Source: Eledone cirrhosa (Eukaryota). From it: 64,000 bases of DNA. Of this stretch, positions 12,169-24,199 are shown piece after piece. The translations under genes were made by a program, and so were the position numbers. Location of the stretch: NCBI GenBank assembly GCA_964016885.1, contig OZ024743.1, positions 241,118,001 to 241,182,000 on the forward strand, in the 5' to 3' direction. Under the pieces are notes generated by a model. The model made no database searches and had not been told where the DNA came from. It saw only the letters and a list, made by a program, of their open reading frames with translations. Position 1 is the stretch's first letter; each line of letters opens with the position of its first letter.

Positions 12169-12811
12169 TAGAACTTGAACAGAAAAATAGGGAAACAATG
12201 ATAGAATAAAGTTTACCTTGTTAATTCGTTGATATGCTAAGATCCGAAATGTGGTCTTGTTAACCCAAAGAACTGGTGGCATATGAACTAAAATGAACGA
12301 GCCGTAGCATCTGAAGGATATACTTTCCTCTCATTGGTCAGGTACCATCCTAACAGGTCAGTCGTCCTTGAAGCAAGTCAGCCTGCCAGAGTTGATTTTA
12401 ACAATCAGCTATAATATCTGCATGTAAGTGTGTTTCGGTCCAGTTGACCTATGTTACTATAGTGGCAGTGGTGTAAGCAGGTCAGCCACCATCTCTCTTT
12501 TGCGATATTATTTTAAAGTGTACCCCCCCCCCAAAAAAAAACACTCATGTTATGTGTCATATCTGTGAGGAAAGGCTTCATGACTGGACAAAAGGAAAAT
12601 GGAAGGGTGTGTCTTTTGGAGTTGCTAATGGTGTGACGAGAGTCCAGGGATCACACAACTGACTGCTATTTTTGTCTGGTGAAGACAAAGTGTATTGGCA
12701 TGAAAAATAGGGTTAAATCTCTTATACTAATATTCCATCAGCAGTTAGACCTATTGTACTCTAATACATTCCCGATTCCAACTTTTCATGGGTTAACCTC
12801 ATCCGGAGATG

Positions 12812-14716
12812 AGGTCTGTGAGTGCCAGGTATTTTGTCAGCTCCAAGATCTTTTTCAGGAGGAGGCGATGGTTCACAGTGTCGTATGCAGCCGACAGATC
12901 AACAAAGACGGCTCCTGTTACCAGTCCTTTCTGAAACCCATCTTCAATGTGCGCTGAGTGAGATTCAGGAGTTGGTTTGTTGTGGATTTGCCAGGTCGGA
13001 ATCCAGCTTGTTGGGGGATGATGGCTGGTTCAACAACTGGGTCCAACCTGTTGAGGATCAGGCGCTCAAACAGCTAAAACGGGTGGCATAGCAGGGAGAT
13101 TGGGCGGAAAATCTTTGCATGCGCTGGATCTTTATCCGGATTGAGAAGAACAATAATTCTGGTTTTTCTCAAGATCTTTGGGATGTTTCTTATCAACATG
13201 CAGTTGTTCATCAGCTCAAGGATCCATTTCCGTGTCAGAGGTCCAAAGTGCTTGATCTCCTCTGTAAAAATATTATCTAGACCGATGGCTTTACCAGTCT
13301 TAAGGGCATTGATGCTGATATTGAGCTCTTCAAGCGAGAACGGCTTAGTCAGTCCGGGAGTTTGGGAGTACTGAAGTCTGTCTACCTTTGGTCTTGGCTG
13401 TTTGGTGGTGGATTTCCCATTGAGCAACATCTGATATGCAATTTGGTTGGCGATGATGGTGTACTGCTGTTGTGTTGGAGTTGACGGGTCGTTGCTGATC
13501 TTCCGGATTAGACACCATTCCTTTTACTGTTTTTCGTCATATCACTTGTCTCCAACAGGTTTTGCCATTTCCGTTAGCGGTATTCTGATAGGGAGGTCAT
13601 GAGTCCCTCACCTACTTTGATGGTACTTTCAGCAAAGGGGTCAGATTCATAGAGCTGTTGGTATTGCTCATATAGTTCTCTGCTTTGAGCATCGAGTCCA
13701 AGAATGTATTGAGTGCGGCAGCCTCTTGGGATGTTCTTCCGATCTGCTTGGTGTACAAACTTGGTGAAGTTATCGTAGTTTTGGGGGTCCACTGGGAGGT
13801 GAGCAATCTTCCTTTCAAGATCTTCTTGGAAGCCAGGCCATTTCGCTTTCCCAAAGTTGAATCTTCTTCGGAATGGAACTGTGGCTGGGGTGATTACAGT
13901 ATTGACTGTAATGCCAATGGGGCGGTGTTGGGTTTTTGGCAGTGGCACCAGTACCAGCTTCTTGCTCAGTCCGGTGATGTTATGACTGACAAACACGATA
14001 TCAGGATTGTAACCTGCTTTCCATCGTCCGCTGTTGAAGGACTTTGGTTGTTTGGCATCGTGGATCAAATCAAGCTGGTTGCTTTCAGCCCATGCTTCCA
14101 CTGCATCTCCATCTGCATTGTTATTAGCATATCCCCATTGTGTGCTGTGGCTGTTGAAGTCTCCGATCACAATCTTTGGTTTTCCAGATGATGGTATTTC
14201 TGCCATCACGAGAGGTGTGGGAGGTGGTTTGTAGACTGAGGTGCTGGTAATTCCTCTGAGCTCAGCGGTTAGGACTTCGATGTTATTATCATCGTTCTTT
14301 GATGATGATTCGATGATTGTCCTATTTTTTTGCTAGCATGATGCTTCCATATTTCTCATGTGGTCTTTCTATGAGAGTGGTCATTCCTTCCACATGAGGG
14401 CGGGGATTTTTAGCTCCACGGTGGGTTTCTTGTAGGCATAGAATGTCACACTGATGCTCTCTGCAGAGTTTTGCAACAAGTTCTTATTTAGTTGCAGATA
14501 CTCCTTCAATATTTAGAGATATGATGGTCAATGCTGGCCTTAAAGGCGGGCGTTGGACTCTCTTCATGCTCCGGACTGGTAGGCTACCGTCATTCGTTGA
14601 GCTTCTGGTCATTGCTTGTCTTTTGGCTCGGCTTTGAAGTGTTTGGTAGAATTCGCAAGTAAACGTGGGTATTACTTGACAGGGAACGTGCCGTGAACGC
14701 TTCTACCTTGATCCCC
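12812..14716 (-). mobile_element. Vingi (Ingi-related) LINE: 5' end + APE + start of RT, 3' half lost
   Basis: LNIEGVSA..DILCLQETHRG..RP..ERPHEKYGS; GDFNSHS; SFNSGRWKAGYNPD; PFRRRFN; FRPISLLCH; NHRLLL; stops and frameshifts present. Confidence 0.8.
14645..14716 (-). ncRNA. HDV-like (CPEB3-type) self-cleaving ribozyme at the 5' end of the Vingi element
   Basis: GGGGATC-AA-GGTAGAA-GCG-TTCACGG-CAC-GTTCCCT-GT-CAAGTAA-TACCCACGT-TTACTTG-CGAA-TTCTACC = P1, J1/2, P2, P3, L3, P3', P1', J1/4, P4, J4/2, P2'; G1-U wobble; P2 and P4 are perfect 7-bp helices; catalytic C present. Confidence 0.9.
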
Positions 14717-15913
14717 GTGGGACAGCTGGGGTCAGTGGGACAGCTGAGCTCGAAAGAAACACTGGATCCAGAAGGAGTGTCCCATTCATGAGACTCTGGA
14801 AGCAGACATGCCAAATATTGTTAATGATCAGCCGAGATACAATTGTTTTCCCACCACTACATATGAAGCTGGGCTTGATGAAGCACATGAAAGCATTGAA
14901 TACTGATGGTGAATGTTTTCAACATATAATCTCTGCATTCCCTGCTTTGTCCTTCGAGAAGATTAAAGCAGGTGTGTTTGATGGACCTCAGATTTGTGCT
15001 CTTGTGTGTGATGAGGAATTTATCGGAAAGATGAATGACAACGAAAGGTCAGCATGGCTTCATTCGTGGCAGTTATACAAAATTTCCTAGGTATCAGAAA
15101 AGCAGATGACTATGAAATACTTGTAACTAACATGTTATCAGCTTTTCGTTATCTAAGGAGTAAAATAAGTGTCAAATTCCATTTGCTACATAGTCACCTT
15201 GATCAATTTCCTGGGAATCTCGGGGCTGTTAGTGGGGAGCATGGAGAGCGCTTTCATCAAGACATCAGAACCATGGAAGAGTGGTACCAAAGCAGATGGG
15301 ACAAAAATATGATAGCAGTCTACTGCTGGAGGATTAAGCGAGATTGCTATGGAAAAGTCCACAAGAGCTACAAGTGCAAATTCTTGCCTGAATAAGATCT
15401 ATTTTTGTTTTGCCTTCAATACTATTCATTTTCTGACCTAGCTATATTAATTGTATATAACGTATATTTTCCACTGAAAAACAGTACACACACTTATTAT
15501 AACGGAGTTATGTTTCTGTATTGGAAAATGGTAACATTTATCGGAATATAAATATTTTTATAGCCTAATTCTTAATGTGGTGTACTAACTCATATTTATG
15601 AATATATCTAGAACCTCAATGCAAAGATATTTGTTTTTCAGGTATTATGAAGATGGTATAACCATAAAATGTTCAGATGGATCACATCAGCATAGGCGAA
15701 ACATTCAAATTCCGGAAAATATAAAACAATCTTAATTGCAAAAATTTTGAGCTATCAGAGGAAAACTAACTTCATATTTGAGTTCAGTACACTCAAATTA
15801 GGTAACATCAAGTATCAGTATCAATGCACAAAAATTGTTGTTGACCAGTAATATTCAAAGAAAAAAGAACTTCGATTGTTTATGATATGATCGGCGGGTG
15901 ATTAGTGTTGTTG

Positions 15914-15972
<59 letters not shown>

Positions 15973-16353
15973 TTTTGTGACGCTAAACTCCACCAGTTGC
16001 AGACTGCGACTCAAATAGATATCTCTCTCCACAATGTTCGATCAGCAGCAGCAGTGTTCAAAGAGCAAAGATCAAGTCCAGTCCCTTAGTTGACATTATG
16101 TAATTAAAGTTTTCGCTCTTAAATAGCTGTATACATATAAGTATGTCTATTTTTTATATCTAATGATATACGCTATGTTTATGAATAAACATTCGAAGAC
16201 TTTAGCAATGAAGTTTGGAAGCCAGAAACGATCGTTGGTAGTTACTCTCTCCGGCTTCTGCTGGAATTAACTAGATGGCGCTAGATATACAACATTCACA
16301 TACATACATACGAACAAACACAGACACATGCACATATACAGGCACGCACACAC

Positions 16354-16413
<60 letters not shown>

Positions 16414-16430
16414 ACACACACACACACACA

Positions 16431-16513
<83 letters not shown>

Positions 16514-16559
16514 ACACACACACACACACAAGCATACACACAAACATATATATTTATAT

Positions 16560-18616
16560 AGTTTGATTTTGTATTTGTTTTGCAATATTTCTTATCTGAA
16601 AGTGTGTGTTGAAACAGATATAGTTTGGGAGGGTCATGCTGCCAATAAAAATTACACGCACCTCCTAGTTTTCTCCTCAATTTGTTATAAACTTGCTAGT
16701 TGCTTGCTTGTTCAACCTGTGTGTCTGGTTTGTCTTATTAGTTTAGTTCTTGTGTGTATCTGTGTATCTTTAGTTACTAGTTGTCTTGTTGCTATTTCAC
16801 TCATGTTTTTTGTTTAGTTTTGATTGGAATTCGCTTATTTTTGTCGCGTCTGTAAGCAAAACATATGTCCACGAGGAATGGACGACCACTAGTGTCGGCA
16901 TAGCTGGTGACGTAGCTAATCTTTGTATGGTATTGTGGGACAGGTGACCTAAGGAATGCTTACATGAGGACTTTATAACCTTAACTATGTACTCCCACTA
17001 CTTAGATGACATCAATATCATAGTGAAAATAGCCCCGCAGGAGAACAGTCAGGAATGAGAAAAGAACCCTATGGAAAACATCCAGCAAAGTGTCCATCCA
17101 CCAGATTATTAAAGTTACTATAGGCTACCCAACCAAACGCTGCAACAATTGATTACCTGTACTAAACACAGAACTCTGGTTAGAAAACATTTGTGATAAA
17201 ACCCAAATCCTCCAATCGCATTATGTAAAACATATGGCCTCCATTTACTTGATCTACCGAAACTTAGCCATTTGGATAACATGGAAGTCAACATACTAAT
17301 TACGGATTTAGTTAGAGTGATGAAGAATGCGTTCCACAGTTGCAATCCTAAATAATTAGAGAGACACATGCAATACTTTACCCACCGCATGCAGTTTCTG
17401 GCTACAATCAGAGAGAGAGAGGATCAAGGTGTATAAAGGAGTCAGGGCCAAATGGATGAACATTGTAAAAAATGATGCGAATGAGACCTGCTCCATCTAT
17501 GTTGGAATCGATAGCGAGAACTAAGGAGAAGACTAATAAAGTCAACTCACGGTATAAATAACTGTTTCTACTTTAGGCACAAGGCCAGCAATTACCCAGT
17601 GGATTACTGGTACTTTATTTTATCGACCCCGTAAGGATGAAAGGCAAAGTTAACCTCGGCGGGATTTGAACTCAGATCGTAAAGGGACGTAACTATGCTG
17701 GAAAGCATGGCGTTCGACCCTCTACCGATACTGCCAATCCACCGCCATATCTCACGGTATAAATAACAGAGTGTAATGTTAGTCAATGCAACCCCCAGAG
17801 GAGAACTAGTTTACAGATTTAGAAGGGCTCTAGTAAAATTATATATTAAGATGGTAGAAAAACCAGATATTCTTATAAAAGTGCTCATTAGTAGGACATA
17901 CCCTTTTGAGAAAAAACCCTGCACCGATAGAAAATATATAGTCTGCAAATCAAGCCCACAAAACTGAAAAACTAGGAATGTAGTATATAGCATAAGAAGT
18001 ACAGAGTGATCGTGTAGGAATAGCAACACGACTTCTATAGGTGAGACGGCCCGTAGCGAGAACTCCCAGATATCAGAACTCCATCAGTATTCTAGAATGG
18101 AACATGGGGGCACACAAGGGAACATGGAGATAAAAATGATATCGACACACAGAACAGACGCAATGCCCCGACAAATTACAGAAGTGACAATTATAAACGA
18201 ATTCAAACCAAAACTAAACAGAAAACATGAGTGGAATACTAACAACATCACAACCTATAACTAAGGACAAAATAAAGACATACAGAGACATACAGAACTA
18301 AACTAATAAAACAAACCAGGCACACACACATAGAACAACTAGTTGCAAGTAAATAAACGTATAAATAAAACACACACACACACAAACCCATATATTCACA
18401 GCTCACAAAAAACAAGATGGTGTGGGACAGAACAAAGAAGTGACACAAAATAAAAACAAAGTTAGTCACTGAGGAGGTAAAATAATGCGGGACGAAAGAA
18501 CTTTTACCATCATGACAATTAACCACTAAACAACCATCCGGTTATTAAACTAACTGACTGGGAGTTCATAATAAATTTAAGAGAAAACTAACAGGTGCGT
18601 GTGTTTTTATTGGCAG
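16560..18616 (+). mobile_element. Degenerate Penelope-like element: inverted partial pLTR (16560-16830) + RT and GIY-YIG remnants + 3' pLTR (18250-18616)
   Basis: GIAGDVANL, YLDDINI, NVVY..IGETARS, RQITE..KPKLNRKHEWN; 16640-16790 is an inverted match to 18260-18616; degenerate hammerhead at 18465-18507. Confidence 0.8.
17563..17746 (-). mobile_element. SINE inserted in the Penelope-like element, 17-bp TSD
   Basis: TSD CTCACGGTATAAATAAC at 17546-17562 and 17751-17767. Confidence 0.92.
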
Positions 18617-18866
18617 AGAGAGAGAGAGAGAGGGGGAGAGAGAGGCGGGAGAATAACGCGAGAAACAGAAATTTGAACACAAATTAGCTGGTTACTATTG
18701 TACATATTGTATGTATTCATATACGGACATAAGCAATAACACACTGGCACGCCGACATAATAAATGCATTTGTCTACGTGTAGTAGAAATTAGTTTCTTC
18801 TGTATGATAATATGCGTTTAAGCATATGTTTGTATGAATGTAAGTATGTATCTATACATGTATATG

Positions 18867-18979
<113 letters not shown>

Positions 18980-19668
18980 GTGTGTGTGTGCGCGCGTGCG
19001 CGTGTGTGTGTGCGCGTGCGCGTGTGTGTGTGCGTGTGTGTGCGTGTGTGTGTGAGAGAGTGTGTGTGTGTGTGTGATTAAACGGAAATAATTGATTCCT
19101 TGCCTGAATCATTTGCGAAAATTGAACATTACATAAGATGTTGCGTTTGCTACGCATTAATCTAATAATCCAAGCAGATTTGAATGACATATTCATAAGC
19201 CAGGCACTCACTCTCTCTCTCTCTCCCTCTCTCTCTCTACACACACACATATATATATATATACATACACTTGTGTATATATATATATATATATATATTT
19301 ACATATATACACATACTTGTATGTGTATGTGTGTGTGTCTCCTTCTCTCTATGTATTAATGCATATACATAGAGATAGATAGATAGTGAGATAGAACGAG
19401 AAAACCTAACTCTTTATTTATATTCTTACAATATTGACTCAACATTTCATCAAAGCCTGTGTTCCATAAACTTCTTCCGAGAAAAAAGTGTTATGATTTG
19501 ATGAAGCTAAACAAAAACACGCTTTGCTGAAATAGCGTTGACGTGTTGTAAGAACACAAATAAATCTCCCTTATAGAATATAACTATATATATATATATA
19601 TATTCAGGGTCTGACACTTTTGGGGTTCCTACCACCTTCAGTAGAGTTCCCAATATATATATAAAAGG

Positions 19669-19718
19669 GAACTGCGCTTATGAAGGGTAATACCCAGAAA
19701 CATTAATGTCTGCAGTTC
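19669..19718 (+). ncRNA. Type I hammerhead ribozyme, core mutated (CTTATGA)
   Basis: GAACTGCG-CTTATGA-A-GGGT(AAT)ACCC-A-GAAA-CATTAATG-TC-TGCAGTTC: 8-bp stem I, palindromic stem III, GUC site. Confidence 0.7.
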
Positions 19719-19850
19719 TGTTTACATGCCAACACAAGAGCAAGAATGAGGGGCTCATTCTACTGATATGGCTTTAAAAAAGAGGCTGTTTGCATAATTG
19801 CAAACGAATCGAGTATTGTTATTAATGTTCGAAAAACTCAAGTTACATTT

Positions 19851-19993
<143 letters not shown>

Positions 19994-20545
19994 AGTCTAC
20001 CTAAATATACGGTAGTGTCCAATCCGTATGAAGAACTCAATGTAATCCAAATATAGAAGATATCATGAAAAGAGAAGATACATTCAAAAATTTACGATAA
20101 AAATCATAGGAAAACAGAGTCAAGATAAATTAATAATTACAATGAAATAAACACAAAGAACAAGTTCTTTTTATTAAAAAATTCATCATTTTACGATCGT
20201 TTCTGGGATGTATATGTGTGTTGGTATGTATATCATATAGATCTATGTAAACATATTACAAATTATCAGAGGAAACATACATGCCTTCACATATACATGC
20301 CGTCCTCAAAAATGATGAGATGTGTTTATTGAAAAAAAACAAAAAAATTAATATAAAGGAACAGGCTTTGAATTGATCAATAGAAAAGAAGTTAGAGGTC
20401 AAGTTGATAGAATGACAGTAGTAGAGATTAAATCTAGTGGTATAGGAGTGCAGATTTATGCTTTGAATGAAAAGAATACTGTGGAGATGAAATGAGGTCA
20501 AGTCAAGAAAATAGTATAGGGTACGCGAAAATTTGATGTTATTAA

Positions 20546-20729
20546 ATAATTGTTTCTTCTTTCGGCACAAGGCCAACAATTATCCCAGTGCATTACTGGT
20601 ACTTTATTTTATCGACCCCGTAAGGATGAAAGGCAAAGTTAACCTCGACGGGATTTGAACTCAGAATGGCAAGGGCCGTAACTCTATGCGTCAAAGCATG
20701 GCGTCCGACCCTCTACCGATACTGCCAAT
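20546..20729 (-). mobile_element. SINE, near full length
   Basis: Reverse complement of the family head, core and tail. Confidence 0.9.
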
Positions 20730-21990
20730 AAAAACGAAGGAAAATAAAATGTTTAAACCACAAGGAATATATAACAAGAAATTAAATTAATTGATAGGTA
20801 TACTTACAGGGATAAAGTTATATTAATCCATATGAATGTGATAAATAAAAACTTGATGTTATTAAAGCATGTTGTTAAAAACGAAGGAAAATAAAATTTT
20901 GGGAAAAGGGTATTAGTGATAAATACCAATCTTATTTAAAACTACAAGGAATCTAAATACATAACATGAAATTAAATTAATTTATAGGTATACTTACAAG
21001 GATAAAATTATATTAATTCATATGAATGTGATAAATAAAGACGTAAAAAGTTAAAGCAATAAAAAGAAAAGATAAATATATGGAAAAACTGAAGTAGATA
21101 AAAAAATTGTTTATAAAGAGTATTGTATCTATACGGACATTGATGATATTAAAGATATTAATTACATTTAATAATCATAGGTATTAAATGTGATAAATAG
21201 CGGATGCGAATAAATGAAGTAGTGTGGTTTAAAATACTTTTAGGAAAAGAGAGCTGTAAGAGGGAAATAAAAATATCAAGTTCTCTGTAGTAAAATACTA
21301 ATTATAGGTTAACTAAATTTAAAAAAACAATTATAATAATTTGTAAAATATAAGAGTAAGGTGTATATTAATTAGGTTTATAATATTTGAAGGTTCTTCT
21401 AATTCTATGAATGCAAGATATACTTAATTCCTTTCGCTTATTTAATAGGAAATCCTTAGATTTCATGATTTCAAAAAGTTCTTGGGAGCATAACCTACAC
21501 TCGTATCTGCTATTTTGATAAGGGGTGGCCCTTTTGAGCACGCTCCAGGTCAGGTTGTAATCGATGTTCTTCTTTCTATAATTATTAATTGTTCCAGCCA
21601 AGGATGTTGTATTAGCTAATGCGGCATTTTAAAAACTATGTTTGTGGGTATTAAATTGGTTAGACGTAGCTCCTATATATGAATGAGTGGAATCCTTAGT
21701 GTTAATTTTACATTTATATACTATGTTATTAATAAGACAATTTCCCTTTAATGGGCAATTTCTTTTGATTCTACAGTTACAACCATTCGTGATTATTATA
21801 TCAGGGGAGTTAGTTAAATTTGGTGTGGAATTTACAGGACATGTTATAGGTGAAGGAGATGGTGGTTTGTTATGGTTTATTTTAGTATTATTATGGTTGG
21901 TTTGATGTGTTGGTGGTATATTTATGTTGTTTTTTACACTCATATGCGTTGTACGCACTTATATTCTGTTGTAAATTTTTGGTAGTGGAG
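20730..21990 (-). mobile_element. 5'-truncated Penelope-like element (Cys-rich linker + GIY-YIG) with AT-rich 3' region
   Basis: CNCRIKRNCPLKGNCLINNIVYKC..YIGAT..HKHSF; LTWSVLKRATPY..CRLCSQE..LLNKRKEL..CIHR; internal ~120-bp duplication (20729-20850 vs 20877-21040). Confidence 0.85.
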
Positions 21991-22545
21991 TACTACCAAA
22001 AATTTACAACATTTCTGTAGAAAGAAGAGTATGGCCAAGCCAATGAACAGAAGAAGCTATCCCAGTGAACCTCGTATCCATAGTTTCCGGCTTAGACACA
22101 CTTATCAAAATTTTAAAAGTTATCTTAATCACGAATATCCTGAACTACGACTCACAGCTATAATAACGTATTTATCACACTATGCTGTATTGAGTTATGT
22201 TTCACCATTTTACACAGCCAAAATTACATATACATACATACATACATACATACACACATACACACATTCATACATACGCACATACGCACATGCATGCATA
22301 CACACATACACACATACACACATTCATACATACATACGGACATACATATATACATACATACACACATGCATACATACATATATACATACATATATATATA
22401 TATATATAGATATAGATATACATACTAACATACACACACATACACGTATACACACACACATACACATACACACATACATACATGTATATACATAAACGTG
22501 CATATATATATTGAGAGAGAGAGAGAGAGCGAGAGCAAGGGTGAG

Positions 22546-22627
<82 letters not shown>

Positions 22628-23479
22628 GCAAATAATTGTACACTATGAGGAAAATCAACTTATATCTAACCAAAAACTTATATGTAACCAAACATCATAA
22701 GTAATTCCTCACTATTTTCGACTATGATAGTTCTGCCTTCATTTTTCTTTTTACGTCTGTTTCAGTTGGAATTATTTTCTTCTGAATTCATCTATTTTCC
22801 TGCTATATGTGATATTTTGTTTTCCATTATTATCTTTCCACCAGCCAATTCTAACCATTTCTGCAGAAATCAACTGACGAATTTCTATCCAATTACTTTG
22901 TCGCTACTAATGATTAATGTCTATACATTCTTTATGGGCGCAGGCGTGGCTATGTGGTTAACAGGTTTGCTTCCCATTCATAAAGTCCCTTGTCAGAACT
23001 TACTGTGTGGTATTTTGGGGAATTGTCTTTACCAAGACATTTTATTGAGTAAAGCTTAGTGAGTGAAATTTAGCAGAAGCAAAATTATGTTGAGAAAGAC
23101 TCACTGTTGGATTGTACCTGTAATTCAAAAGTGCAGTATTTTCCCGTATTATGTCCTGTCTATTTGGCCTGGGATTTATATTAAGTGTACACGTGTCTGT
23201 GGAATAGTGAATGGCGTAGAGATTAATTCATAAGTCTGATGTTGAGTTGATCGAATAACTGAATGCTCATTGTCGAATCCAACGAAAAGACATTCTACTT
23301 TCCTTGTAATGAGATGTTGCTTGTTTAGCACAGATTACTTTGACCGATATAAATGGTGCTGTTGCTTGATTGCTCCGTAGAAGGATCACCCAATAAGGAA
23401 TTTTTCATATATGCGATTATAAATAGCCAGGCAAGCGGATACCCATCAACCTCTACCACTGAAGTGAAGATTCATCAAG

Positions 23480-23880
23480 CTTGAGAAGCGGTTCTTGTGA
23501 ACCGACGAGTGAGAATCGATGAGGTGGCGTGTTCTCTGAAAATTAGTCATGGTTCTACATGCGAAATCATTCATGACAAGCTTCGCTTCCGTAAAGTCTG
23601 TACGAGATGGGTGCCAAGAGGGCTTACCGAAGCGCATATATGCAATGGTGTGGAGATCTGTCAACACTTATTTAGCCACTAGAACAATGAATGTGAAGCT
23701 TTTTGGAGAGAAACCAAAAGACAGAGTATGGAGTGGAAGCACCCGGTATCGCCAGTGAAAAATAATATTCAAGACTCAACCTTCCGCAGAAAATGTGATG
23801 CTAACCGTTTTTTGGTATGCAAACGGGCCTATGCTAGAACATTAAATGGAAAAGGGGTCCACCGTCGCGAGTGTAGGGTA
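23480..23880 (+). mobile_element. Mariner transposase remnant
   Basis: NRRVRIDEVACSLKISHGS..IIHDKLRFRKVCTRWVPRGLT (HTH + WVPxxL motif), ETKRQSMEWKHP, MLTVFW. Confidence 0.88.
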
Positions 23881-23892
23881 CAGGAAAATATT

Positions 23893-24197
23893 GCTGGCAG
23901 TATCGGTAGAGGGTCGGACGCCCAGCTTTCCAACATAGAGTTACGTCCCTTACAGACTGAGTTCAAATCACGCCAGATTTGGTGGCCTTGCTGGCCTTGG
24001 CCCAAAAGTAGAAACAATTATTATTTTTTTTTATCATTTGCTTTGCAGCAAAGAGTTATGGCCCTTTGCGTTCTGCGTTCAACTCCCACCGAGGTTAACT
24101 TTGCCTTTCATCCTTACCGGGTCGTTAAAATAAAGTACCAGTAATACACTGGATAATTGCTGACCTTGTGCCAAAAGTAGAAACAATTATTATTATT
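23893..24197 (+). mobile_element. Two tandem SINE copies (first internally deleted, second 5'-truncated)
   Basis: Head + B-box + tail at 23893-24025; B-box, core and tail at 24050-24197. Confidence 0.85.
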
Positions 24198-24199
24198 AG

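Larger units (their letters stand above)
12430..15850 (+). mobile_element. Chapaev3-like (CMC superfamily) DNA transposon remnant, interrupted by a Vingi LINE
   Basis: V*RESRDHTTDCYFCLV (~12631), WDS*ARKKHW (~14736), PPLHMKLGLMK..EKIKAGVFDGPQI, HLLHSHLDQFPGNLGAVSGEHGERFHQDI, YCW; probable right terminus TTGTTGACCAGT near 15850; left boundary uncertain. Confidence 0.8.

Noticed and set aside
16201-16240. Further hammerhead look-alikes here and near 20195, 25368, 47912, 48932 and 49362
   Set aside because: GAAAC-palindrome or stem II is present but CUGANGA and/or stem I is too decayed to call
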